Source: Ginkgo biloba
Taxonomy: Eukaryota > Plantae > Ginkgophyta
DNA length: 24,340 nt
Assembly: GCA_024626585.2 (NCBI GenBank)
Contig: JANKJI020000002.1
Coordinates: 156,281,151-156,305,490, forward strand
Direction of reading: 5' to 3'
Within the stretch, counting starts at the first letter, position 1. Each line of letters begins with the position of its first letter. The translations under genes were made by a program, and so were the position numbers. Under the pieces are notes generated by a model. The model was not told where the DNA came from and made no database searches. It saw only the letters and a program-made list of their open reading frames with translations. Of the stretch, positions 10,437-22,100 are shown one piece after another.

Positions 10437-12028
10437 TATAATGATTTGATTTACATTTATTATATTTTTATATTATATGGGAAAGAAGGGTGGTTGGTTG
10501 AACACAATTTTTTTAGTATATAGTATAGATAGATTAGGAAGAAGGTTATCGAGACTACAATGTGCACCATAAATACACTTTAATTTTGTCACTAAAAATT
10601 TTGGTAGGAAAAATCATGAAAATTTTATTTTCTTTTTGAAAATATCAACTTTTCATGTTTAAAGCAATGCTTAATTGCTAACTGTTAACAACACACAACT
10701 ATAATGGTAAGCAAAGCACCAATTTAGAGGTCGAATCCTATGGAGGATGCCATTGAGCTAAAATGAGATTATATTTTTTACATGTCCATATGGCAAAAAT
10801 ATAAACAAAAATTTGGACAACTTGAAGGGGTTGATTGTCGTATCACTGTGAAAAATGCAGCTTGTGTAGGCTCTTTCATTAATTACATTTTAGGTTTCTT
10901 CTTCTATATTTCAAGTTATATGAATTATAACTTATACATAAATTCACCCATTCGTCTATCCACTTATCAAAATGCACTAATGGAAGACTTGATTAGATAG
11001 GCAAGCAACTATTGTTCAACATGCTAAAACATAATTATGTTGCCTGCCTATCTAATTCAATTGTTGGAAGGCATAATGGTATAAATTGTGTGACAGGTGT
11101 TATCAATGAAATTTCTTGTAGGGGTATCCTTGTCTCTATAAACATCAATGAAGAAATAGTAAATTGTTGTAGCCTGGTGAGACTTGAATTCTTTTATAGC
11201 AATGTGGCTTGCATTAAAACTTAATTGACATCAAATGATAGATAGATATTTTCATTAGAAGTAATATGGGTCATCCTCGTGCATGTGAAGTTATCAAATA
11301 TTACTTCCAATTCGCAACTACATAGGAGAAATCTAGTGCATAATTTTTAGTTGTATTTACCACGCACTTAGCTATGTTGCAATTGTATGTATATGCACGT
11401 ACCTAAGTAATAGATCTATCTCTAGTNNNNNNNNNNNNNNNNNNNNNNNNNNNNNNNNNNNNNNNNNNNNNNNNNNNNNNNNNNNNNNNNNNNNNNNNNN
11501 NNNNNNNNNNNNNNNNNNNNNNNNNNNNNNNNNNNNNNNNNNNNNNNNNNNNNNNNNNNNNNNNATCAACAATAAAAGGTCTTGCCTTTACATATACTAG
11601 CAAACATTGTTTCTATTGCCTTTCAGTTGGGCCTTTAAGGCTCCACATTCTCAAGGAGATGCCATGTATATATAGCACACTAGAGAAAGACTTAAGAACC
11701 TTAGATGTCATGGTAATAGCAAGTTTTTGGTAAGCAACCAAGATAGCATGAGTTTTTAAATGCCACATAAGGGGAAAACAAAACCTTCTTTTAATCCCAA
11801 AACTAAATGGAAAAAGTGCAAAGAGCAAGTAAAGAATGAGATGCCAAATAAAACAATCCTTGTAAAGAAAAATTGAAAGGGTGAAATCTTGGCATCTTAG
11901 AAGGGCACAAGTAGTAGCCTTATTGATTCTCAAAAGGCTCGAGTGCCATAACCAAAATCTAATTCATATATACTAACTACGGAAAGAAGAATGCTAGAAT
12001 TGACTTCCTCACTGAAGACAGTCTAAGG

Positions 12029-13560
12029 ATGGTAGATGAGGTAGAGGAAGAAATAAGCTCAATACCTAACATTAAGGTAGAGGAAAACCCTATGGCTACT
12101 AATGATGATTGGCAACAATATTCTAATTATTCCTCATCGCGACCTAGTGGTAAGAGAAATAGTAGTAACTTTGATTCTCCAGTCAAAGATTTGACCTTCA
12201 GGTCTATTATTTATGAATGAGCTACACTATTTACCATAATGCCTTGTTCGCCATCATGGAAAACATTAATTGTGGTCATGGAGGCAGTAATAATAATAAT
12301 AGAANNNNNNNNNNNNNNNNNNNNNNNNNNNNNNNNNNNNNNNNNNNNNNNNNNNNNNNNNNNNNNNNNNNNNNNNNNNNNNNNNNNNNNNNNNNNNNNN
12401 NNNNGGTCATGGAGGCAGTAATAATAATAATAGAAATAACAATAATGGGAACAAGACCAATAATAATGACAATAACAACAATGATGGGAATTAACAACTA
12501 TATATACTCATTCAAAATGATTACGCATTTACAAACTTGTTGTGTGATGGTATCGATGAACCTACTGATCACTTGGTTGTATTCAAGAGTATCATAGAAC
12601 ATCAATGAAATAAATNNNNNNNNNNNNNNNNNNNNNTTCAATACTTTTCGTGGACTAGCAATTGCGTGGTGCTAATACATTAGTATCAATAACCCTACTT
12701 GGGACACAATTCAAACCTTGACCATAGATTGCTGCCAATGCTTACACAATCCTTTAACCATATTTGAAGCTTGAGAAGAACTTCGTCAACATTCCTATGA
12801 TCCATCAAAGATTGTGATAGAAGGATGCAAATCTTACTCAACAAATTTCATCTGGGAAATATGCCATCACCCCTGTGTTTACTCAAAATCTCTGTCCAAG
12901 CATGGTCATAATACAATTTGATTGCATCCCATGCACAGTTATCAACAAGTATAAGATTTATTGATGACCTTCTAGAATCAATTAATTAGTGAAAGTCATG
13001 CCGATATGAGTAGCTATATCATTGTACCAAACTTAAGTGCAGAGAGGTTACAACAAGAAGGAGCAGTGTTGTGTCTCCAAAAACAACAGAAACATTATTT
13101 GCTAAAAGTTTGACAACCCCAATTATGAAACTACGATAAGAAATAGCAACACTCCTAGACAAGACGTATGATGTCCTTCATACAACCAATAAAGTCATGT
13201 TTGTAATGAGCCTCTTGAGAAAGAAGCATTCCTAGTTTTAGAATAATGGTGTGACATTTGCAAGGTAGATGCCCATTGCACAATTTTTTTTTTCTTTAAT
13301 CAATATCGATAGGGTGACCAATATGGTTGTAGAGGTAGTTGGAGTGATGGAACTCATAACATGTACTATCAAGGCTCATCTAATCATATGCTTCGACAGT
13401 ATAAAACCTACGTAGGGAAGACAAAATCTATCTGATGCCACCTTTGTTAACACTAGGGTATGGTCAACAAGATTGCCCATTGGAGAAGAATGGTGGCCAT
13501 TTTATCTGTGAAGCATGTGGATTGTGACCACAAACGGGAGAATTGTAGAAGCAATCTTGC
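12029..13560 (+). pseudogene. gag: Gag pseudogene of element C
   Basis: Asn-rich tract (12274-12500), LCDGIDEPTDHLVVF (12540-12584), FNTFRGLAIAW (12637-12669), and knuckles WCDICKVDAH (13247-13276) and CEACGL/DHKRENC (13507-13546). Confidence 0.8.
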
Positions 13561-14099
13561 TAATTAACCAAAATCCTCTAATCAATACACAATATTTCTC
13601 AATCTTGTCATCTCCTTAAACTTCTAAACTTCTAAAAGAAAAGTGGTAACTACCCCTAAGAAGGATGATTTTGAGTTTCCTAACCTTGCCAAGGAAACAA
13701 TGCATTTTCAAGAGGATATCACACCATTCAAGCAATTGTGATGGAAGTTGAGCAATAATGACCCTATAACTCAACCAACAAGAATATTGGAAATCAAGAA
13801 GGATTGCCCACCAGGAAAGGAAAACAAGTTACCAATAGAAATTTTCTCAAACCCCTCTTCCTTGAATAGAAACATGATAGGGAAAATCAAACAATTCACT
13901 AATTAACAACCAATTACCAAAGGTTATTTCAAAACTTAAAAATGAATAATAAATTAACTTACTCTAAAATTATGTAAGGATTTACCAATCAACATTTCCC
14001 TAACCATCATAATTGAGTTGTGGAAGTAAGAAACATTTTCATCAAATGACTATGTAGTAGAGATCGTGAATTTTGTTGACCTATTAGATGAAAACCCTT

Positions 14100-14410
14100 A
14101 AGTACTAATATAAATTTACAAGAAATTCCATTGTGGATGGAGGTTCCACTGTCAATGTATTACAAGAACCAACATGGATTCAATTTTGGGAACCAAAATG
14201 CATCCCCCCTAACTACCCCCCTTCACCTCGCCAACCAATCAGAGATACAACCTTCCAACACATTCCTAGATGTACCTATAATAGTAGGAGAAGTAACTAT
14301 ACAACAAGACTTTGTCATTGTACGCATGGAAACTAACTCTTTTTATCTCGCATTATTAGGAATACAATGGTTTAATGGTACAAAATCAATTCAAAATGAA
14401 GCAAACATTT
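14100..14410 (+). pseudogene. pol: Aspartic protease of element C
   Basis: IVDGGSTVNVL (14130-14162), then after a frameshift LHLANQSEIQP..DVPIIVGEVTIQQDFVIV..YLALLGIQW (retropepsin DxG and LLGxxW motifs). Confidence 0.9.
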
Positions 14411-14879
14411 ACACTCTTTGGCAATGGAAAACATCTGGTTTTTCCATTGATTTCACATGGTCCTTGTGCTGAATTTTTTTTATTATGATCCCACTTCTAC
14501 AACTATTGAAGCCGTTGCCAGTTCCCACTTTGAATCCACACACCAACTTCCCAAAGAGATCCAAATAAACAAAAGACTATTTGGAAGAGCCTAATCTCAA
14601 TGGAGAAATTATGGTTGATAATGATGATTCAATATTTGAGAACTTGTATTATTTTAAGGAGCTTCTGACTCCATTATAACTTGTAATTATTTTTGTTGGA
14701 CTCTATAATAATGAATAGGAAGAAGTGCCTACTTCACTTGAAGAAAACAATGAGGAAGAGTACAACATACTGAGTGATTTTGACTTATCCTCTTTCAATT
14801 GCTCTATCGACGATGAGATCATAGACAAAGATGTAGAAATTATTGGCATTCTTGATGGCCCTCGAATCCAAATATCAAC

Positions 14880-15280
14880 AACAATAGCTAAGTTTGGGAA
14901 TATTTTTAGATTTATGTAATGATACTCGGCACATCTAATGTTGAATCAAAATATGGATGGATGCAAATCAATGGGAGAGAAAATCATGGATGATGATGCT
15001 TCCACCCACATTGGGGGATCGAGCATTTAATGGTATCTTTCTCATATTGAGGAGATCACAAACTGGTTATAGATGTGCCATTGCTTTGCAATTTGTTTTA
15101 AGGGAGTTTAGATGTCGAAATTACCCCCTTACAAACATTACAATTGAGAAATACAAAAAGCATTGTAAGAAAGTTTGGTAGAAACATAATATTCCACGAC
15201 ATACATGGGCTCACCCTTGGGATTAGAAAAGTTAGTTGGATAGAAATGAAGGCTAAATTTTTCAAGGCATTTCCACTCAA
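14880..15280 (+). pseudogene. Second Gag/capsid-like segment between protease and RT
   Basis: IAKFG..AHL / MDANQWERKSWMMMLPPTLGDRAF / WYLSHIEEITNWL*MCHCFAICF, followed by VSWIEMKAKFFKAF. These resemble Retrotrans_gag motifs. Recognised by eye only. Confidence 0.6.
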
Positions 15281-15540
15281 ACATACTCAAATAGTTGACT
15301 TTGTTTTACAAAAGATTAAAACCCTAAATTGCTACAACATAATCGCAACGAAGACTCATGTTTTGAAGGTAGAAAACAACGAGAGCCTAAACCACTAAGG
15401 GACAATGATAGGCCTAATCCATACTTGGTAGGTTGTTATCCTATCAAATTCCAAACGATCCCATACAGAGAAAGGGAATTGATGAAATTCCTAGTCATAC
15501 CCTCACTAAGGATTGTGTTCAATTTTAAGAGTTCAAAATG

Positions 15541-16190
15541 CAAAAGATTAGTATCGAAATAGAAGCCAAACCCCAAAAGACCATGATTGGAGATTATTGG
15601 GACAATACCATGGTAACACAAGAAGATGCATTGTTTTAAGAATTTAGAGACGTGTTTTCCTACTTTTATAAGGATTTAAAAGGTATTTTAGTTGAATTAG
15701 GACAAAACCATATCGATTTAGTTGAAGGGGCAAACCCAAGGCGACATTGACCCTATTAGGTGAATCCACAATATAATGAACCAATCAAGGAAGCAATTGA
15801 GAAGATGTTGAAGGATAGGTATATTTATGAAGTTGACAACAGTGAATGGATAAGCCCCATCATCATCATTCACAAAAAGAATAAAAAACTTGCTTCTATG
15901 TCAATTATAGTGAATTGAATAAAGTCACAAAAAATGATTTGTCCCCTTACCATTTACCAAAGTTTTCTCTTTTGTTGATGGATTTAGCGGATATACTTAT
16001 GTTAGCATTGCTCTAGAAGTTTGGATTAAGGCTTCATTGGTCACAGAGGGGGCACTTTGCATATCATGTCATGACATTTGTGCTCACTAACGCATGGGAT
16101 ACCTTTAAATGTGTTATATTAAATATCTTCAAAAAAAAGAGTGGAAATAAGAAAAAGGTGTTTCTAGATAACCAAACCTAATATTTTCTT
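15541..16190 (+). pseudogene. pol: Reverse transcriptase of element C
   Basis: IGDYWD..EFRDVFSYFYKDLKGI..HIDLVEGANPRRH*PY*VNP..SEWISPIIIIHKK / LNKVTKND / PLPF / FSFVDGFSGY (15965-15994) / YHVMTFVLTNA..VFLDN (16158-16172, FLDD with D>N). Confidence 0.93.
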
Positions 16191-17599
16191 ATTTGTGATT
16201 TTTCTCTTCTACATAGTCGTTTCAAATGCCCTTCTTCCAACAACACTATCGGTGTCTACTATCGATCCTCCAGGCATTCCTCCTGACATTGGGTGTTCGT
16301 CGCCCCTACGTATGATCTGTGAACCGTTGTCACTTTAGCAAACGACTCTCTCCACAGGCCACTAGTGCGTCTCACATCTACAACAACGGCTTTTTACAGC
16401 ATTTTCTCACTGTGCAGTCGGTGCTTCAACAACTCTTTCTCCTTCACGTAATTGCCGAAGCCTCTGTTGGGCTCTCCACCTTCTGTCACCTTACAACGAC
16501 CCTTCACAGCATGTCGATTTGCCCATCCTCCTCGTTCCCACATGCTATGTCCTCGAGTGTTCACCCGTATGTTAATATCTCAGCTTTGCCTTTCATGTGA
16601 GGAGAAACAGTTCGCGGCTAGCTACCACCATTATGCGAGTTCTCTGCTATTCTCGTTGTAGCCATAGCTATAGGTGGTAAATCTCTGTACCAACAATGAT
16701 CCAACGTTACTTCAGCGTGGCACTTCTACCTTCCATTTGCTATGTTTTCGACAGGTTATTCGGCATTTCGATGGCATGTGATTCAAGGGTGTTTACTTAG
16801 TTCTTCCCGACGTTCACCACACGACACTCCAATGTTTGAANNNNNNNNNNNNNNNNNNNNNNNNNNNNNNNNNNNNNNNNNNNNNNNNNNNNNNNNNNNN
16901 NNNNNNNNNNNNNNNNNNNNNNNNNNNNNNNNNNNNNNNNTAAGCATAAATTTGCAAATGGTTATACACCCCTCTAGCTTGTTTATGTCACTCCTTTTGA
17001 ATTTTTTATTCCAAGTTTATGCATAACCATTAAATATCATCTAGGTGAGGTTGAATCTCATAAAGTATGTTTACACCATCTCCTTCGACTGGAGGAAACT
17101 TGAATTGTGGCTCATGGTGAATGGGATGCTAACCAATAGCGACAAAAAGTATGCCATGATCGCCACATATGGGATCCTAAATTCTAGAGTAGTGACAACA
17201 TTCTATTATATGATAACAAGTTTTTTATGAAGTGTGACAAGTTGAAAAATGCTTTGGTTAGGTCCTTCTCGCATCCACACCATGCATGATAATGGATCAA
17301 TGCAATTATAATAGTTAAATAAACAATTGCTACTCAAATTGGTTGATGGAGAAGGATTAAACCTTATCACCATTAATATTTTAAAAATGAAAAAGAAAAG
17401 AGGAAGATAAATTTAAACAATGACCATATATATAGAGCAATGAATATAGTTAAAAAAAAAATTACGTATTGGAGCCATTCATACATGGCCAAAATTACAT
17501 AGCCGTCATTGGTTCTAGATCCTATGATTGATCCTCATAGTATGCACTAAAACAAGATTAAGTTTAACCAAGCATTAAAGGTGGTTACAAGTAGAGTAT

Positions 17600-17780
17600 G
17601 AGTTAACAACCGACGTTATTATTGCAACCTGAGTTAACAACCAATGTTGTTCTTGGAATGTGCATAGTAAATTAACAACTAGCATTATTGCAATTGGTGT
17701 AGAAAGTTAACAACCAACGTTATTCTTGTAACCAACATAGAAATTTAAAAACCAACATTATTGTTGCAATCAACATTCAA
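17600..17780. repeat. Minisatellite, about 5 copies of a 31-39 bp unit built from ~19-bp subunits
   Basis: AGTTAACAACCRAYGTTATT.TTGCAA.. units start at ~17601, 17632, 17671, 17705 and 17743, with a partial copy at 17843. Confidence 0.88.
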
Positions 17781-18279
17781 GCAACAAGAATTATCTTATA
17801 GCAATCATAGTATTAGGAAGTTGCATTACAATTGGCTTAGTCATTAACAACCAATGTAATGCTAACAGTCATATACATTTATTATGTATGAGGAGGACGC
17901 AACCGTTTAAATAGAGTGTGGGAACAATGATGCCCAATCAATCTTATCATACTTAATCATGTGACGATACCTTACGTCAATTGAGGCACTCCCAATGATG
18001 ATGTTGATTTCCAATCATGTCAAGGCATAAATTTCAACATCAAAATTTTAAATACGTGCTCACCAACTAGATGACATGGTTCATTCTTACATGCCATCAA
18101 TTGCACTTATTTATTGGAACGCAAATCAATACCATCATCAAGCAACCAACTAAGTAAATTCTACCTCNNNNNNNNNNNNNNNNNNNNNNNNNNNNNNNNN
18201 NNNNNNNNNNNNNNNNNNNNNNNNNNNNNNNNNNNNNNNNNNNNNNNNNNNNNNNNNNNNNNNNNNNNNNNNNNNNNNN

Positions 18280-18620
18280 CAAAGGATACAGCATGACAAA
18301 GTTATGTGTAGAATTCAATGGATTATCTTTGGAGCACCCATTGCAAAAGGCGTTGGGAATTGCACTATATGCTACATATCTTCAGATTCTGCTAGTTTTC
18401 TATGAGTCAAAATCTCTATCTTCTACTATCATAATGGTGGAAAAGTGTCTAAAGGTATTATAAAGCACAAATCAAGCAATCCTTGAAGTCACATGGCTTC
18501 CTATTTAGGGGCCTTAAATTCCTTTCGCTACAAAGAGAGACAGACAGATTATTGCTTAGGGGCTCTACCTCAAGGCTTTAGATTCTTCTAGTGTTGGAAT
18601 TTGTGTCAAATACATGAGGT
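18280..18620 (+). pseudogene. Possible L1-type LINE ORF1 relic
   Basis: L(C)VEFNGLSLEH / IAKGVG..SFL*VKISI .. Y..LP..F*CWNL resembles the plant LINE ORF1 pattern WVxxxGLP..IAxxxG..FxRVxV..YxxLPxxCxxC. Highly decayed. Confidence 0.45.
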
Positions 18621-19477
18621 ATGAGTAGCTACATGGGGTGACTTAGTTTATCATGGATCAACTCTTAGGAAATCGAAAGAGTTCCCACATTCTTATCCAA
18701 CTACAAACAATGCTCTAGTAGGTAAAATTGGGAAAACAGTATAACTTATGTGTTTATACAAAATTCAAAATTTTATCTTTGGTGAAGCACATTAAGGATG
18801 CTCCTTAATTTCCTTTTTTATTCTTGTAGTCTATCTTTATGGGCCTACTATTTATGTAGTGCCNNNNNNNNNNAAAGATCACCTCCTCTTTTGCTTGTTG
18901 CTTCTTTAAATCTTGCTGAGGGCAACTGCCCTTGTTTCTTGGAGCTGAATTCTATTGAATTTCCCTTGTGAGTTTGCTAAGTGAACCATTATCCCAAGGG
19001 TGTTGTTTTAGTGGACAATGCTTTTATTTATTCTAAGAGATGCTTAAAGCGTTGAAGTGGTTATAGTTATCGGCAACAGTGCAAGTTGCTAAAATTCTAG
19101 CTTCTTCTGATAAGATCAAGGTGTCGGTCACTGAGTAAGACACCACTTCTAGTTCTACTACACAACCAAGAACTAGTTTAGTTGGGGTTGTAAAAATTCA
19201 GATAGAATTAGAAGCATTGTTCGAACAAGATGTGCTAGAGAATCCAATTCACCAACGTAAACATTAGCACCTTCCCCATTGTATTATTGAGTATGGTTCA
19301 GAGTCTTGGAATAATTTTTTAGAGAAGAGTGTGAAGAGGTCCCTACCATCCTCTTTAGATTTTGACCTAAGCTCATTCACTATTTGTCCAGGAACATGAA
19401 AATGGTCAGAATCTATTGTTAATAGATCCATTGCACTAAAATGGGAAGAGTGCATACAAATGTTGAAGAAGGATTAG

Positions 19478-20030
19478 ATCAATTGGAATGTAAATTGTCA
19501 AATCATAAGGCTCGAAGGTTGTCTTTTACAACCAACATGATATAGATTTTGGTAAGGAGCTCCTTGACTAAAATCAAGGACCCTGGCAAGGGAGTAACAT
19601 TATAAACCCAATAGGCTCAAGCTCGAGTTGTTGCAGTCGAAGAAGAAAATTCAATCTATTTCTAGATTCTTGGATGCCTGGCTAGAAGATATCAATCCCT
19701 TTGGTGATGATTGTCAGTTGTTTGTGTCCCATTTTGAAAATAAATAAATAAATTAGAGGCATTAGAGCATATCATTCCCAAACTGTGAGGTTGGATATTA
19801 TAAATCGATTGAAATCAATTAGAAATATTTGACTTAAAGTATCATAGATTGAAAGAAACAATGGCCTACAAAAAAGTAGAAGAATCTTAGGAGGAGCTTC
19901 ATGAAAACTTTCAAGATTTGAACAATGCACAAGAGTTGTAGGCTCTGAAACTCAGTCAGCATAGCAAATGGCCTCTTTGAGGAATTGACATCAAGCAGAG
20001 TTACAATAATTGGAGAATTCAAACCATGCT
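19478..20030 (+). pseudogene. Possible LINE APE-endonuclease relic
   Basis: INWNVN at 19478 (compare xSWNVxG), *EEL near 19888 and IIGEFK at 20006-20023 (compare GDFN), in the right order downstream of the ORF1 relic. Each motif is weak on its own. Confidence 0.3.
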
Positions 20031-20287
20031 TTGGTTTGATTATTACATCACGCTAATGTGCCAATTCTAGCTAGTTTGAATATTGGGATAAAGTCACATC
20101 ATTGACAATGCAAAATTATATAATTTTGAGTTTTGACAACATTTTGGAAAATTTTCAAGGGGTCAGTACAACAATAGAGAGTAGTTTTTGAAAATTTTCC
20201 TCATGTTGTTTTGATGCACGGTTTGAACAAGTATGCTCAAATCTTGTGCCTGGCGAGATGTATATTGGTGATTTTGCACATAATAAT

Positions 20288-20465
20288 TGGTTGCAATTTT
20301 GTTCATTACTTGCAACACTAGTCATCTATTGCAATTCTATTTATTAGTAGTAACAATGTTTGTCGATCATAGCAATATTCATCAATCGCAACAATTTTCA
20401 CTAGTTGCAACAATGTTTGTTGGTTGCAATCATGTTCGTCGATGACAACAATTGTTCTTCAATTG
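20288..20465. repeat. Minisatellite, about 9 copies of a ~19-bp unit
   Basis: Consensus near TTGCAACAATGTTyGTyGr, with clear copies at 20386, 20405, 20424 and 20443. Confidence 0.85.
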
Positions 20466-20493
20466 TTAAGAAGGAATCGACCAATTATGTAAA

Positions 20494-20527
20494 TGTGTTG
20501 GTTAGGTCAAATGACCTAACCAACACA
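20494..20527. repeat. Perfect inverted repeat with 16-bp arms and a 2-nt loop
   Basis: TGTGTTGGTTAGGTCA-AA-TGACCTAACCAACACA. Confidence 0.97.
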
Positions 20528-21180
20528 ATCCAAGTGATGGCATAGTTAGCTCTTATCTTTTGTCATGACTAAGTAAATATGGAGAATGGTAAGAGAGAGT
20601 GTGGTATGGTCAACTCTTGTCATGATATCACTATAGGCATTCAAAGTAGAAATATGTGTTGGCTTGTTGTTCCCCAATCCAATTTTTTAACTTAAAACGA
20701 CCTAATAAACACTTTTAGATGCATTGCTTAACAACTATAAGTTAAAGGAATATCTGATACATGCATTGCAATGACAATAATACTAGTTGGCACTATAAAA
20801 TATCACCAATTTTAGCATGGATTTCAAAGAAAGTTTCAAAATTGTGTTTATTCTCAACCACATATAGGTAAAGAGAGGGAGATATTTTAGACAAGCAACT
20901 ATACACTCAAGAAATAGATTTCCATCATAGGTATATTGTTATACAATTAAGGAAAGATTAAGGAACTTGAAGAAAACACCAGAGCGAAGAGCAAGAGGGA
21001 AAATGTGTTGGTCTATACACTTTAAAAACACCACAAGCAAATCATGTGGGAAAATTTAAGAATGATGACCCAAAGATTTTGTAATATTGTTTTTTACATA
21101 GGAGAGAGTGTCATAGCATATCAAGTATTCAATGTGTCTATTTGGATTGAACCTTTATATTTTTTCTTACCGACACGGGT

Positions 21181-22100
21181 AGTTATTTGGGGATGTCTCC
21201 CATCTTGAAGAGGGGTAATTATGTCTCATTTTGGTCTCTTTTACTACTGGGATAGTATTATTGGAGTTCTTGTTGTTCATCATTGGCCAACTTACTTGTC
21301 AGGATAGCTTATTAACTTCATTGCAAGTATTTTTCATTTCAAATGATCCTTTGTAATGATTATGTCCTCCTCCTTGTTGATTTGAAATTGTTTATGAGTT
21401 ATGGTGATGGTTTAACACTTTACCTATGGATATCAGACATATTTTTTTTTTTTTTTTTATTATATTTCTAGTGGAGAAATCAAATTATCAAGTTAGCATC
21501 ATATGTTTTACTCATTAAGAGACTAATATTTGTAATTATGTACTTGATAACAGTTTATCTTGATGAAGACCTGTGAACCAATCCAAAACCCATATAGTGT
21601 ATCTCGCACATCTAATATAACATATGGACTTTTATTGTTGACTCTCATACTTTGCAGCTTCCCTATGTCTTGTCTACTTACACAAATAAGTGACAGGGGT
21701 TGCGGCCCTATTCAAGGAAAGATTTCCATGTATAGAAGGCTTACCCAATATATCCAAGTAAGGTCTACCCCTTTTTGAATATTGCAAAAATTAATTACAG
21801 TCCAGACATTTTACTTAGCAATAAAACAATGCATTGGCTTCTATGTCAATCTTACAACCATTTGCATTGCTACTTGTGCTTCTTGGTTTAAGATGACCAA
21901 TGGCTTGAGAAGGATAGTGAATAGTGACTTTTATGGTGCAAGTCCTAAAACTTATTATGTTTATCCTAGATTCACATCATTTTGACTAAATTCTAAATTA
22001 TTTGCATTTGTTAAATTAGATTGCATTCCTTCAATTTCAATAGATGTATGATTGGAAACAAATATGTTTAGTTAATTTGGAAGTGGGTGGTAAAATATCT
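21181..22100 (+). pseudogene. Possible LINE ORF2 post-RT relic
   Basis: SYLGMSP..FWSLL..YW....SLA (21181-21300; compare YLG..W..W..LSxxGR) and DWKQICL...EVGG (22050-22091; compare W..IC.PK..GG). Weak and interrupted. Confidence 0.3.
21442..21458. repeat. Poly(T)17 tract
   Basis: 17 consecutive T. It could be a minus-strand retroposon tail, but no convincing TSD was found. Confidence 0.85.

Larger units (their letters stand above)
11570..16190 (+). mobile_element. Element C: decayed non-chromovirus (Athila/Tat-like) Ty3/gypsy, gag-protease-RT, truncated after the RT catalytic motif
   Basis: Gag, two zinc knuckles, aspartic protease and RT are collinear on the + strand. A possible LTR end and PBS (AACA-TTGTTTCTATTGCC) at 11603-11620 resembles the PBS of element A. 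Confidence 0.9.

Noticed and set aside
10697-10742. tRNA/SINE-like A box (TAATGGTAAG) and B box (GGTCGAATCC)
   Set aside because: The spacing is too short, there is no cloverleaf, and no tail or TSD.
17600-17860. CRISPR-like appearance of recurring GTTAACAACC units (also the 3833-4011 and 20288-20465 arrays)
   Set aside because: Units are degenerate and homologous end to end, with no unique constant-length spacers and no cas genes, in a eukaryotic TE context.
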